A stretch of DNA of 32,000 bases. It comes from Candidatus Fokinia solitaria. GTDB lineage: Bacteria; Pseudomonadota; Alphaproteobacteria; Rickettsiales; Midichloriaceae. Positions 7,548 to 19,300 of the stretch are shown in pieces. The notes under the pieces were generated by a model, which did no database searches, was not told the origin of the DNA, and saw only the letters and a program-made list of their open reading frames with translations. How positions within the stretch are numbered: position 1 is the stretch's first letter; every line of letters starts with the position of its first letter. The position numbers and the translations under genes are program-made. The DNA lies in assembly GCF_003072485.1 (NCBI RefSeq), contig NZ_CP025989.1:450001-482000 (forward strand), given 5' to 3'.

Positions 7548-8815
7548 ATCATAAACACGATAGTATACTTGTCGCGGATGACGACTACGATATAAGAGAA
7601 CTGATAAGCGGTATCTTGGAAAGTGCTGGTTATAAAGTGTTAAAGTGCGCAACAAGTGTTGAAGCTCTTGAGATAGTAGAAAGCGGCACAGTAAAGCTTG
7701 CATTGCTAGATATATGGATGGAATCTGATGAAGAAGACGGTATTGTAGCACTGAAACGGATAAAGAAAATGGTGCCTCTTGTGCCAGTAATTATGATAAG
7801 TGGACATGCCTCTCCTGAGATCTCTGCATTAGCAATGAAATTTGGCGCATACGATTTTTTAGAAAAACCATTTCGCCGAGAGAAACTATTACTAACTGTA
7901 CGAAGAGCACTCGAAAGTTCAGAATTGACAAAAGCAAATATACTTCTGAAGAAGAGAGAAGCGGAAAACTCTTTTATAGGTAATAGTAAAGAAATCGTCA
8001 AAATAAAAAAACTGATAAATAAGCACGCAAATTCTGACGGAAGATTCATGATTACCGGTGCTATCGGTACGGGAAAGACATTAGTCTCTCAGTTAATACA
8101 CATACTATCGGATTGCGAATTGCATAAGTTATATCATTTGAAAATATTAAAATCTGAAAGTAATACGGAAAAAGCTCTTTATGAGACGTGGCAAAAAGCC
8201 GTTGGTGGCACTTTAATCATAGAAGAGATAGATAAAATGCCGCTAGAATATCAGAAAAAGATACTGAACATTATCAACGCTCAATATGCTAGAGATGCCG
8301 CTATTGAAATGCAGGGTGATATTAAATTGATAGGTAACTCTAGAAGTACAGAGGAAGAATGTCGCAATAATATGCTTCCTGATCTATACGCAAGGCTTGC
8401 TACGTTTACCATTCACATACCGCCACTTTCGGCAAGAAAAGGAGACATCCCTTCACTCATAGAATATTTTTGGCACTATTTTTCCGATCAGTATAATGCT
8501 AATTTTGACTTCTCTCAATACAAAGGACTGCTATTGGAAATGCAAGATCGTAACTGGCGGTGTAATATTAGAGAATTGCGTCATAAAATAGAGGAGATAA
8601 TAATCGCACTATCCTCAAACAGTACATTAAAAATGCCGGAGGATACATTCTTATCAGTGATTCTAAAGCAAAACTATAAAGAGGCTAAGAAAAATTTCGA
8701 AAAGCTCTACTTTCAACATCATCTCAATATACATCCAAATAGCTTATCAAAAGTAGCAGAATGCACAAAGGTAGACAGAGTGACGCTATACAGAAAATTA
8801 AAGGAATTTATGTAG
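7544..8815 (+). CDS. ntrX: NtrX-like response regulator (REC + degenerate AAA+ + Fis-type HTH)
   Basis: REC domain: ILVADDDYDIRELISGILESAGYKV...LALLDIWM. Walker A-like GAIGTGKT and Walker B-like GGTLIIEEID. No GAFTGA-type segment is visible. C-terminal HTH LSKVAECTKVDRVTLYRKLKEF. The start overlaps the grpE stop (ATGA at 7544..7547). Confidence 0.8.
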   Translation: MNHKHDSILVADDDYDIRELISGILESAGYKVLKCATSVEALEIVESGTVKLALLDIWMESDEEDGIVALKRIKKMVPLVPVIMISGHASPEISALAMKFGAYDFLEKPFRREKLLLTVRRALESSELTKANILLKKREAENSFIGNSKEIVKIKKLINKHANSDGRFMITGAIGTGKTLVSQLIHILSDCELHKLYHLKILKSESNTEKALYETWQKAVGGTLIIEEIDKMPLEYQKKILNIINAQYARDAAIEMQGDIKLIGNSRSTEEECRNNMLPDLYARLATFTIHIPPLSARKGDIPSLIEYFWHYFSDQYNANFDFSQYKGLLLEMQDRNWRCNIRELRHKIEEIIIALSSNSTLKMPEDTFLSVILKQNYKEAKKNFEKLYFQHHLNIHPNSLSKVAECTKVDRVTLYRKLKEFM

Positions 8816-8854
8816 CTATCTCTTCTCTTCGAAAGTAGAAACACTTCGAATTAC

Positions 8855-10159
8855 TTATATAATATCGAGTAGCTTACCCTCTAATGAAGAAACATTACCT
8901 ACAACAGAAAGTGCATATCCAGTACTTATGCTATTCACTAAGGTGCTTATTTCTGCTTTTATCTCATCCACAGAAATATCCTTCACCTTTGCTATTACCT
9001 CTTCTATTTCTATAATACCTTGAAACATAGCATACTCCGTTACCATGTGTGCAGCTCTCGCGGAAGAACTTTCTGACGATATGATAATAGAAGATAGTAT
9101 TCTATTTTTCCCCTTCTCTATTTCTTCTTTCGTTACATCTTCCATCATCTTTTTCATTTCAAACACAGATTGCTCTATAAGCCGCTTTGTATTTTCAGGA
9201 CTTGTTACACTATTGATCGTGAGATAGCCATATCGTGCGTAAGAATGTATCGATGAGTATACCGCATAAGCTAAGCCTAGCCTTTCTCTAATACTATGAA
9301 ACAATCTAGAGGACATCCCTCCTCCGAGGATGATATTAGCGATCTTTTGAGTGTAATAGTTATCACACGAATATGATACCGCAGGTAGTGCTAAGCCAAC
9401 ATGCACCTGCTCCACATCTTTCACAATAGACGATGTTCCACCATGAAACTGTGGCGCAACATATAACTCAGGTGATGAAATGGCATTTTTCTTAATAGAG
9501 TGCAGCTGCTCCGTACTACATGAAGTGTTATCGCAAAAGAGTTTACTGACATTTTCTATTGCTTTTTTCTCATCGAAGTTACCGGATATACCTATAATCA
9601 TTTGAGAACTGATGTAATGCTGCTTGTAGAAAGAAAGCATCGCTTCTCTGTCTATACCATCGACAGATTCTATTGTACCTCCGACTTTCATTCCTGCGCT
9701 TGTGCCTTTATAGCATATAGCTTCTAACTCTTCAGCTACTATGCTGCTAGGATCATCAGCATACTCTTTTAATTCTTCTTTAATGACATTTCTTTCTCTT
9801 TCCATCTCTTCGTTACTAAAAAGAGAATCTCTACACATATCTGCAAATACTTCCATTAGCGTGTAAAAATGCTCTTTTAATACTTTACCGTGATATACCG
9901 TCACTTCACGCGATGTATATGCATTGATCGAAGCGCCTATTCTTTCACAAGCTTCTGCTATTTCTTTTGCATTTCTTTTTGTCGTACCTTTAAAAAGCAT
10001 ATGTTCAACAAAGTGCGATATCCCGGAAATTTCTGTAGACTCACTATTTGAACCAACTTTAAACAGTATATAGAAAGCAACGCTATGCACATCAGTATGT
10101 ACATCGGTCAATAAAGCCGCACCATTTGCAAATTTCGAAATCTTCTTATTTTGTAACAT
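8855..10159 (-). CDS. M16 (pitrilysin-family) zinc peptidase
   Basis: Inverted zinc motif GISHFVEHMLFKGT (HxxEH), a downstream ...NAYTSREVTVYH block, and a second M16_C-like half. Confidence 0.9.
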   Translation of the reverse strand: MLQNKKISKFANGAALLTDVHTDVHSVAFYILFKVGSNSESTEISGISHFVEHMLFKGTTKRNAKEIAEACERIGASINAYTSREVTVYHGKVLKEHFYTLMEVFADMCRDSLFSNEEMERERNVIKEELKEYADDPSSIVAEELEAICYKGTSAGMKVGGTIESVDGIDREAMLSFYKQHYISSQMIIGISGNFDEKKAIENVSKLFCDNTSCSTEQLHSIKKNAISSPELYVAPQFHGGTSSIVKDVEQVHVGLALPAVSYSCDNYYTQKIANIILGGGMSSRLFHSIRERLGLAYAVYSSIHSYARYGYLTINSVTSPENTKRLIEQSVFEMKKMMEDVTKEEIEKGKNRILSSIIISSESSSARAAHMVTEYAMFQGIIEIEEVIAKVKDISVDEIKAEISTLVNSISTGYALSVVGNVSSLEGKLLDII

Positions 10160-10465
10160 ATATAGCTATGTTTTGATCAATATTATCAGTTGTACATTTT
10201 ACTAGTATCGGAAACAACAACTTTTTTTAGAGTAGTATAAAACTTATAAGTATGACAAAATCTCAAATCTGAACAGGATATTCTCTCACATTAAAGAAAA
10301 AACAATTTAAGAGAACTGTAAGGATCATCAAACAATTATTGCTTACCAAGCTCAAGGAAAACTTGTATAACATACAGCAATGTTATACGTTATAGCCTAC
10401 GGCATCTATATAGGGATGCATATTCAGAAATACGTTATGGAGAGATATCAGTATTTATATCGTGC

Positions 10466-11122
10466 ATGAGTTACTTTATTACTATCGAAGGAGGAGAAGC
10501 AGTAGGAAAATCTACGCAATTACAACTACTTTCCGAAAAGTTAAAAGAACGTAATTTCAGCACATACAACACAAAAGAACCGGGAGGAACGAAGATTGGA
10601 GAAGCAATCAGAAGAGTCATGTTGAGTGAAATGGTATCAGATCCAATCACTGAAATGTTCTTACTGAGTGCATCAAGAAGAGAGAATGTAAAAGTAATAC
10701 GAGAGCATCTAAAAAATGAAAAGGTAGTACTATGTGATCGCTATATCGATTCTTCCGTCGCTTATCAGATTACCGTCAAGGATGGAGATTCAGATATTAT
10801 CTCAAAGATGATAGAGTACTCTACGGAAAATCTGATACCGGATTTGACAATAATATTAGATCTAGAACCTAAAGTTGCTATGGAGAGAATTGCATTAAGT
10901 ACATCTCATAATAGCGTATACGATATGCAAACTTACGAATTTCACTCAAAGGTCAGAGCTGCATTCTTAAAAATATATGAAGAGAATAAGGGTAAAAGAA
11001 ATATCGTACTACTGAATAGCGCTGAAGATATTAATATAGTAAGCGATACTATATTGAATGAAGTGTTGAATTTAATAAAACGTAACACAGAAAGTATAGA
11101 AAAATTACTCATAAACAAATAA
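10466..11122 (+). CDS. tmk: Thymidylate kinase
   Basis: FITIEGGEAVGKSTQ P-loop, EPGGT, and the DRYIDSSVAYQ motif. Confidence 0.93.
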   Translation: MSYFITIEGGEAVGKSTQLQLLSEKLKERNFSTYNTKEPGGTKIGEAIRRVMLSEMVSDPITEMFLLSASRRENVKVIREHLKNEKVVLCDRYIDSSVAYQITVKDGDSDIISKMIEYSTENLIPDLTIILDLEPKVAMERIALSTSHNSVYDMQTYEFHSKVRAAFLKIYEENKGKRNIVLLNSAEDINIVSDTILNEVLNLIKRNTESIEKLLINK

Positions 11123-11307
11123 GAAAAATAATACTAAACGCTTTAGTATACTCTCTTATTATTGGAAAAGGATATGTGAAAAAGCAGCAATATTCTTATG
11201 TTTCTCACAAAGAACAAAGGAGTACTCACATCTTTTCTTAGAGTATCTGAGTGAGATAACTTCTCGCTTCATACTCTCATATAAAAATCACTCACAAAAG
11301 AACGTCA

Positions 11308-11341
11308 AAAGCTTAATGAAATTGAATTTTTAAGCTTTTTT
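11308..11341 (+). terminator. Hairpin plus T-run between convergent tmk and typA
   Basis: aaagcttaa (11308..11316), a 13-nt loop, then ttaagcttt (11330..11338): a perfect 9-bp stem running into a T-run. A 4-T run (ttttgacg) follows the hairpin on the - strand, so it could act in both directions. It lies about 190 nt after the tmk stop. Confidence 0.45.
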
Positions 11342-11457
11342 ACATTTCTTCCTCAATATGAAGTAATGCGAGAAAAAATTACAGCAAAGACAAAGTTGCA
11401 AAACAATAGCTACTCTTTTCCTTTCTATCACTGGCAGTTTTCACTACTGCCTCATGT

Positions 11458-13242
11458 CTATTTTCTCTTTCTCTTACTCGCTATAAGTTCTTTTTTTCTA
11501 ATTCTTATGTTAGCAGGTGTAATTTCTAATAACTCATCATCTTGTATATAAGAAAGATATTCCTCTAAATTCATCCTTCTCGCAGGAGTTAATCTTATAT
11601 TTTCATCGCTACCTGCTGCGCGTACATTGCTCAGTTGCTTACCTTTTATAGGATTGACATCGAGATCGCCTTCTCTATTACATTCACCTATAATCATCCC
11701 CTCATACACCTTATCTTTTGCACCTATGAACAGACTGCCTCTTTCTTCTAAATTGCATAATGCGAATGCGACTGCTTCTCCACTTGCCATTGATATTAAT
11801 GCACCATTTCTACGTCCTGGCACTTTACCTCTGAATCTCTCATATCCGAAGAAACAATGATTCATGATGCCGGTGCCTCTAGTATCATTTCTAAATTCGC
11901 TTTGATAGCCTATTAATCCTCTTGTAGGCACTTTCAATATTAATCTCGTTTTGCCATAACCTGCCGCTTTCATCTCCAACACTTCACCTTTTCTAAGAGA
12001 AAGCTTCTCTATTACTACTCCTGTATATTCATCTTCTACATCTATCACAACTTCTTCTACAGGTTCTAATTTGCCATCTTCATCTTGCTGCATAACTACT
12101 TCCGGCCTTGATACCGATACCTCAAAACCCTCACGGCGCATATTCTCCAAAATGATACTTAATTGCAACTCTCCGCGACAATACAGTATAAATTTATCAC
12201 CTCCATCATTTACCAATTTAATCGCTACATTCGTTTCAGCTTCTCTTTCCAATCTTTCCAATATCATGCGAGAAGTTAATTTACTTCCTTCTGTACCTGC
12301 AAGAGGCGAGTCATTTACCGATATTGTCACCGACATAGTAGGTGGATCGACAGGTATCGAAGCAATTGGAATCATGTTATTAATGCTACATATTGTATCT
12401 GAAATAGTTGTTTTTTGCACACCAGCAATGCATACGATATCTCCTGCAGCTACTGATTCTACAGACACTTTATTTAAACCATGAAATTCAAACAGCTTTT
12501 GCAACTTAATATTCTCCACTACTTCTCCACTCAAATTTATGCTTTTTAGCGTAGCACCGACTGAAGCTACTCCAGAATATACTTTTCCTATAATCAATTT
12601 ACCAAGATACTTATCTGAGGATAGTATAACGGATGACATGGTAAATTCTTTTGTAGATTCATCTACAACAGGATGAGGCACATAATCCCTCATTACATTA
12701 AAAAGATCATCAAAATTTTGCGTTTTTATATTCACATCTAAAGTAGCCCAGCCATCTCTTCCTACAGCATATAATATTGGAAAGTTAAGTTGTTCATCAG
12801 TGGCATCTAATGCCATGAATAACTCCACTATTTCATCTAATACACCATCTATTCTTCTATCTTGTCTATCAATTTTATTTACGACGACAATAGGTTTGAG
12901 GCCTACTTTTAACGCTTTCGACAGTACGAATTTCGTTTGTGGCATTGCCCCTTCGGAAGAATCGACTAATAAGATAACGCCCTCTACTACTGATAACACG
13001 CGCTCTACTTCACCGCCAAAATCAGCATGCCCCGGAGTATCTATTAAATTGTACTTTATTCCATTGAAGACAAGAGAGGTACACTTAGAAAGTATCGTAA
13101 TACCTCTCTCTTTCTCTAGATCATTATGATCAACTACCACACTATCCATACCACTTTGTACAAGCAATCCACTTACTAAAGTAGTTTTACCATGATCTAC
13201 GTGTGCTATCACGGCTACATTTCGAATATCTTTATAATTCAT
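11458..13242 (-). CDS. typA: Translational GTPase TypA/BipA
   Basis: IRNVAVIAHVDHGKTTL...ERGITI...NLIDTPGHADFGGEVER...VVNKIDR. EF-G-like domains and a BipA-type C-terminus. Confidence 0.95.
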   Translation of the reverse strand: MNYKDIRNVAVIAHVDHGKTTLVSGLLVQSGMDSVVVDHNDLEKERGITILSKCTSLVFNGIKYNLIDTPGHADFGGEVERVLSVVEGVILLVDSSEGAMPQTKFVLSKALKVGLKPIVVVNKIDRQDRRIDGVLDEIVELFMALDATDEQLNFPILYAVGRDGWATLDVNIKTQNFDDLFNVMRDYVPHPVVDESTKEFTMSSVILSSDKYLGKLIIGKVYSGVASVGATLKSINLSGEVVENIKLQKLFEFHGLNKVSVESVAAGDIVCIAGVQKTTISDTICSINNMIPIASIPVDPPTMSVTISVNDSPLAGTEGSKLTSRMILERLEREAETNVAIKLVNDGGDKFILYCRGELQLSIILENMRREGFEVSVSRPEVVMQQDEDGKLEPVEEVVIDVEDEYTGVVIEKLSLRKGEVLEMKAAGYGKTRLILKVPTRGLIGYQSEFRNDTRGTGIMNHCFFGYERFRGKVPGRRNGALISMASGEAVAFALCNLEERGSLFIGAKDKVYEGMIIGECNREGDLDVNPIKGKQLSNVRAAGSDENIRLTPARRMNLEEYLSYIQDDELLEITPANIRIRKKELIASKRKRK

Positions 13243-13291
13243 TTCGTCACAAAAACAGTTTTTAAATCTACAAATGTCAAATTTTAACTAA

Positions 13292-14065
13292 CTAAAAAAT
13301 CTCATCATTTAACTCTATGGAATACACATTTTTCATGTACTCGCCTACACTACTGTTAGCTTTTATAAGAGTCATAACATAATCTGCTAATTTCTTATCT
13401 TTTGCAAACATATAAATTGAATACGAAAGCACCTTTTTATCAAATGGATTATTCACAAGCGTACCTCCGTTTAGTAGCCGATGATCATTAGAATCATTTT
13501 CTATTACACTAAGTGCGCAAGTTCTGAAGCTTTTCTGAAGCTCTCTAAACGGCATATTAAGCATAATCAAAGCGACTTCACCATTCTTCTTACATACCTT
13601 TTCCAAAGCGCTATAAGCATCTACTTCACTTCCTGTATTATACTGAATGTTTGACAGATCTAAACGCTCAAACACTTCTTCAGAATTATATAAAATGTTA
13701 GCATTTTTTAAACTACTAATATCAAACGCTGCGCCATCATCATATTTCACAATGAGTAGCTTCTCCACATATAATAAATTTTTACTTGTATACGTCACTG
13801 TACCGCTACTTTCAGTGCCTATAAAAAACGTGCAATCGTCCCGCTTCTTCAGATCTGTACTGGATTTTAAACGCACTACATTATAATCATTAGACGTCTT
13901 ATCTTTGCCGATAGCATTTTTTTTTGCACTCAGCTTTATGAGATCCGCTAACTTTATACTTGCGTCTGCATTATCTACTACACATATATTAACGGCTGCA
14001 GAACATGTTACGCAGGAATACAATGTGAAAAGTATCGCAAATTTCAAAATCTTTCCAGCAAACAT
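13292..14065 (-). CDS. Hypothetical exported protein
   Basis: N-terminal signal peptide (KILKFAILFTLYSCVTCSAA). 257-aa ORF in a tight gene array. No family recognised. Confidence 0.55.
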   Translation of the reverse strand: MFAGKILKFAILFTLYSCVTCSAAVNICVVDNADASIKLADLIKLSAKKNAIGKDKTSNDYNVVRLKSSTDLKKRDDCTFFIGTESSGTVTYTSKNLLYVEKLLIVKYDDGAAFDISSLKNANILYNSEEVFERLDLSNIQYNTGSEVDAYSALEKVCKKNGEVALIMLNMPFRELQKSFRTCALSVIENDSNDHRLLNGGTLVNNPFDKKVLSYSIYMFAKDKKLADYVMTLIKANSSVGEYMKNVYSIELNDEIF

Positions 14066-14149
14066 CTAACCGTAGACTCTAATTCGACCAGCATCTATAC
14101 TGTATACTACATATTTAAGCTTTTAATAACAACACATATAACAAATGAA

Positions 14150-15625
14150 ATGATCTTAAGACTCACTAATTCGTATAGCGGTAAATTAGAATCTTTCGTA
14201 CCTTTCGATCCTGCTAACATTAGTATGTATGTTTGTGGCCCTACGGTATATGATACTCCTCATATAGGAAATCTTAGATCTGCAGTAATATACGATCTGC
14301 TTTTGAGAGTGTTGCTTTCTCTATATCCTAACGTCACTTATGTGAGAAATGTCACAGATATAGATGACAAAATCATATTAAAAGCAATTGCGCTCAATAC
14401 TTCAGCATCTGACTTAGCGTTAGAAATGGAAAAGAAGTATAAGTATGACTTAAAGAGGTTACACTGCTTAGATCCTCATTACGAACCTCATGCTACCGCG
14501 CATTTATCTGATATGTTCGATGTAATACACATACTTTTAGATAAGAAATACGCTTACCAAAATGAAGATGGTATTTTCTTCAATGTAAATTCTTATGAGA
14601 AATATGGTGCTTTATCTCATAGAAAGATCGACGCAATGGTGCAAGGCATCAGAAATCAATTCACAACACAAAAAAAAGATATTGCAGATTTTGCATTGTG
14701 GAAAAGTGAAAAGCACGGAGAGGAAAAGTATTCGTTCGATAGTCCTTGGGGAAGAGGTAGGCCAGGATGGCATACAGAATGCGTAGCAATGAGTAGAAAG
14801 TATCTTGGTAATTCATTTGATATACATGGTGGTGGCGCCGATCTGCTATTTCCACATCACGAAAATGAATTAGCACAGGCAAAATGTATCAATTATGATG
14901 CGCAATACGCTAGATATTGGCTGCATAACGGATTTATTACGGTAAAAGATGAGAAAATGAGTAAAAGCCTTGGGAATATAGTATCGCTGGATGATGTAGA
15001 ATTACCGATAATATTCGGCAATGTAATGAGGTTTTTCTATTTATCAGTAAACTATAGAAAGCCGCTAGATTATAATGCTATAGCTATTAAAAATGCATTT
15101 AGAAACGTGTACAAAATCTCGATAGTGGTAGATTCGTTACTAAACAATCAAATTATACAAAAATACTTTCAAAATCGCAGTTATAGCCTTGAAGATGTCA
15201 CTTTTAAGAAATGGCAGGAAGAATATAATATCTCACAAAAATGTACGGAAGTGCTAAAAGCATTATGCGATGATATGAATTCACCACTTGCTATATCTTA
15301 CATACAACGAGAAAGCACGTTACTACATCAGAAGGCGCGTGCATCATCGTTGCATGCTGAAGAATGTATCACTTTTCTATCATCATTACTTCTATTTGGC
15401 TTCAGTATTAAAGAGTTTGTGGAAATCAAAGCATTTGTAGAGAAAATTGAAGATACCGCACATATAAGCCGTGAGAAACTGATACAACTTGCACAAGAAA
15501 GGCAAGCTTTCAGAAATGATAAGCTATGGGCGCAAGGAGATCAGATAAAGACTCAAATAGAGGAAAATGGATATTCAATATCAGACCATGAAGATGGAAG
15601 TTTTACACTTCACAAAAAACTGTGA
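14150..15625 (+). CDS. cysS: Cysteine--tRNA ligase
   Basis: Class I signatures PHIGN (HIGH-type) and KMSKSLGN, plus the WHTEC zinc/cysteine-binding block. Confidence 0.95.
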   Translation: MILRLTNSYSGKLESFVPFDPANISMYVCGPTVYDTPHIGNLRSAVIYDLLLRVLLSLYPNVTYVRNVTDIDDKIILKAIALNTSASDLALEMEKKYKYDLKRLHCLDPHYEPHATAHLSDMFDVIHILLDKKYAYQNEDGIFFNVNSYEKYGALSHRKIDAMVQGIRNQFTTQKKDIADFALWKSEKHGEEKYSFDSPWGRGRPGWHTECVAMSRKYLGNSFDIHGGGADLLFPHHENELAQAKCINYDAQYARYWLHNGFITVKDEKMSKSLGNIVSLDDVELPIIFGNVMRFFYLSVNYRKPLDYNAIAIKNAFRNVYKISIVVDSLLNNQIIQKYFQNRSYSLEDVTFKKWQEEYNISQKCTEVLKALCDDMNSPLAISYIQRESTLLHQKARASSLHAEECITFLSSLLLFGFSIKEFVEIKAFVEKIEDTAHISREKLIQLAQERQAFRNDKLWAQGDQIKTQIEENGYSISDHEDGSFTLHKKL

Positions 15626-15666
15626 TACAACCATCCTCTAAAGCGAAAAACGATATCCATCTGTTG

Positions 15667-16176
15667 CTACTTCGGCACGCCTCCTATTTCTTTTCCTAAA
15701 AGAGATGTTATACTGTTTAGCGATAAACTCCCTTCGTAGTGAAGTACATTATCTTTATCAAGCACCATAAGATAAGGCACAGAACCAGAGTATGTCGGAG
15801 TAAACTGATAAACAAACTTCGCTATGCTATCCTCATTGTCAAAAATAAAGAATTTCATGTTTTTTCCTTTCTTAACTTTTAAAGATTTAAGGAAATTTTC
15901 GGCATACTCGAGATTTTCATCAAGCGATATAAAATAGAACGCTTCCTTAGTTCTACTTACTAAGTCAGCGACTGCTGGTAATCTATCTTTGCAATGTCCA
16001 CACCATGAAGTGAAAAATACGACAAACTTCTTCTTATCGACTTTAAATTCTTCACGCACATCATCAAACTTCACCACCTGTAGAATACTCTGCTCAGCGA
16101 AAGCCATGGCATTACAACATAAAATGCCAATGCACAGCAACATGCATGTAAAAATACGCTTCATTGTCTTATACAT
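15667..16176 (-). CDS. Periplasmic thioredoxin-fold thiol:disulfide oxidoreductase (TlpA/ResA-like)
   Basis: Signal peptide followed by FFTSWCGHCK (CxxC active site). Confidence 0.85.
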   Translation of the reverse strand: MYKTMKRIFTCMLLCIGILCCNAMAFAEQSILQVVKFDDVREEFKVDKKKFVVFFTSWCGHCKDRLPAVADLVSRTKEAFYFISLDENLEYAENFLKSLKVKKGKNMKFFIFDNEDSIAKFVYQFTPTYSGSVPYLMVLDKDNVLHYEGSLSLNSITSLLGKEIGGVPK

Positions 16177-16304
16177 TAATCGTTCAGTATACCATCGTAC
16201 ACTATATTATTAATAGTATCTATAACGCATATAATCAATATGTAAACATACATTTGAATATTCATCAACTACTAAGGCTATTTACCTACTTCTTACCATC
16301 ACCG

Positions 16305-19300
16305 TCATTCTTTGCCTTTCACTCTATCTACTATTCGATTAACTCCTCTTAACACTATGTCACTACTGCCTCCATACGGGTCTACAATCTTATCAACAAT
16401 ACGTAATAATTGTTGCACGAATTCTGTTCCCATATGCCCTACTGCACATAACGCAATCCCCCCTTCTACAGCAGCAAGAGGCAAGAGAGTAGAAGAACCG
16501 ACTGGAGAATGAACAGTGAGTAAAGGCACCCATGAAGTTACAGGAATATGAAATACTAGTATTTTCAGTTGATACACAGCATCACATATTGTGAATGATA
16601 AAGCGGAAAGTATTATTGTCGTAATTACAACATCTATTAACGTAACTCCTGCAGATAGTACTACGTTGTACAAGGCGAAGCATATAAATTTCTTTCCGTA
16701 TTGATAAGCCATTGTTCTTGTAGATGAGAACAGCAAACAAATAGCGAAAAGCGGCATAGGCGCTGTAACAGCCGCAAGACCTATTACGAGATAAATGTAT
16801 GTCAGCATTGTAAAGCATACTAAAATCAAAGAGTACACAAGTCCTGCAACCATTACGCCAGCAAACATTAAGCCTGATAAACCAATGCCAGCTAACGACC
16901 ATACCTTTAACCAAGTATTCTGCGAAGTCAGTACATACCATGTCTCAAGCGTAACCTCGAATATGCCATTTAAAGAAGGAGTATATTGATACTTTCCATC
17001 AACAGATGAAATACTTGGAGTAACATAACTTGCTGCTATCACTCCACTACATATACTTGTTCTCGCTACTAACTCGCTTAACGTAGAATTTTTCGAGCCG
17101 GACGTTACAGTATTTTGCAATATGGTATTTGGCTGCACTAGAAGTACTACGATTATTAATCGCGCAATAACTGCCATTACCTCTGAGGTAGTAACTTTTG
17201 TAGTGCCTGCTAAAAAACCTATACCCGCGACCATTATAGCAATTATTATAATAATTGGAATATATCGAGAAATTACTGTGTTAGCGCCATTCATTATAAT
17301 CCAAACTGCACCAATATCAGTATTACTCGCACTTTCTTGCGCAGTAGATTCATTGCTTTGCGCGATAGAGCAAATATTACTACCAAACATTAATGTAAGT
17401 AATTTTTTAATGACCTTTTGTGGCCACGATATGTTTTGAGGCGCCGTACCATTGCTTAATGTAGCACTTCCACGATATCCTTGAGATATACCAATATTAT
17501 ACTGCCCTGTTGGAGGGTAAGTAATATATCCATTACTGTTTATTGTTGGCTTATATAGTTTAGGATCTAGTCTGAAATATATATTATAGTTGATATCTGC
17601 ATCTAGTGTGCCTTCTCCAATATTTTCTCCTCCAATACCAGATTCACCGATAGTAACCATACCATTTGAAATATTAGTTACTACAAAATTAGACTTTGCG
17701 CCACCAATAGAGATAGTATTGGACGTCGCGCTAGCAGCCGCACTGAGATCGTTCCACTGTAATGAATCTGTAGATATACTTGGATCTGCTATTGCTATCT
17801 GCAATCCTTGACCGTTCACTTGAGGATTACCACACCATTGAATGGTAGCTTGATATCCACCGGCAAAACCTAAATATCCAGTGGAGGAAGAAGAGTTATA
17901 ACATTGAGCTGCTTTAAAACTATGTGAAGCGGACTGCGGTGGAGCAGAAAAATCGTTTCCCTGCACATAAGTTGATGGCATTTGTATAGAAGGATTTGGC
18001 AAAGTAGTATTGATCTTACCGCTAAAGGTATATACTGGCAAACCTGGATCAAGTACATGTTTGCAGTGAAATACATCACCTTTCTCTTCCTTTCTATCTT
18101 GCGATTTCGTACCTGTTTGTATCTTATAACCTGTCTGCTGGACAGAACCATTCAATCCAAGTATTGTTTGCTCCGATTTCGTACAAAACTCAAATATTCC
18201 GCTACCTTTTGTTCTACAGTACTTATAACTACCACAGCTATCATTTGATTTTGAAGAAAACGACATCATTGTAAGAGGATTAGCTGTACCTTGAGATGAT
18301 ATTGTAAGTGCTGTCAGTTGTTGCAATAAACTTGATATAGATATACTAACAGATGGTGGTAATTTCTTACATGAAGATACCGCTGCATTGTATTGCAGCA
18401 GTACATTAGTGGTTGTAGAGGCATCTCCTATCATCACAGCATATACAAGATCTCTCAAATCTGTAATATTATTCTGTAGAGGCTCAGTATTACTCCCTGT
18501 TGTATTTAGCGTTCCAAGCGGCATTAATAATCCATTCTCATTATAGAGTATTCCAGTTACAAACACATCACCTCCCCAAGTGACGGAAAAATCATCTCCT
18601 GCTTGTAATGGTATAGCTTCTTCACTGATGCTTCTCGCAATTGGTACTGCGGGGCCATTTAATCTCCACTCTGGAAAACACCCTACTATAGGATTTATAA
18701 GATTTGCTATATTATCACTGTTAACTTCAGATACTATCGTATTTAATGTGTGACTTGTATTAGCTTGCGGATTATATATATCACTACCATATATGTAGCT
18801 TAGATCAACATTATACAAGTAAGTCACTACATTACTCGTACCCATAACACTGCTATTGGCAATAGTTGGCTGAGAGCTTATAAGACCAGCAAAACATGGA
18901 TGCATCATATTCTGTTGCACAGCACTTGAACTTATAGTATTTGAACTCGCAGTACTTGAAGTTACAGTACTTGAAGATGTGCCGCTACTAGATGACTGTC
19001 CTAAACATGATTGAAAACTATCAATATCCGGACACCATTCTCCCATTGCACTTGCATCACTCGAACTAGTGCCAAAATTAGTAACAGCATTAATAGCCTT
19101 TGCTGCAAAGCTAAAATTCAGAGCACGATTATATATATTATTATTAATAGCATTTGCAGCAGCATTTCCACCCGTTACCGCTTCCGGCGCTCTTTGAAAT
19201 AAATTCGACATTATCGGAAGTAATGTAACGTATAAATTGCCATTCGGACAAACGGTACTATTCTTTTCGAAAGTAATTTTCATCTCCATTTCGCTATATT

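Noticed and set aside
11131-11150. A hairpin atactaaa-cgc-tttagtat just after the tmk stop.
   Set aside because: The stem is 8 bp but almost entirely A/T, and no T-run follows. The stronger hairpin at 11308-11341 is reported instead.
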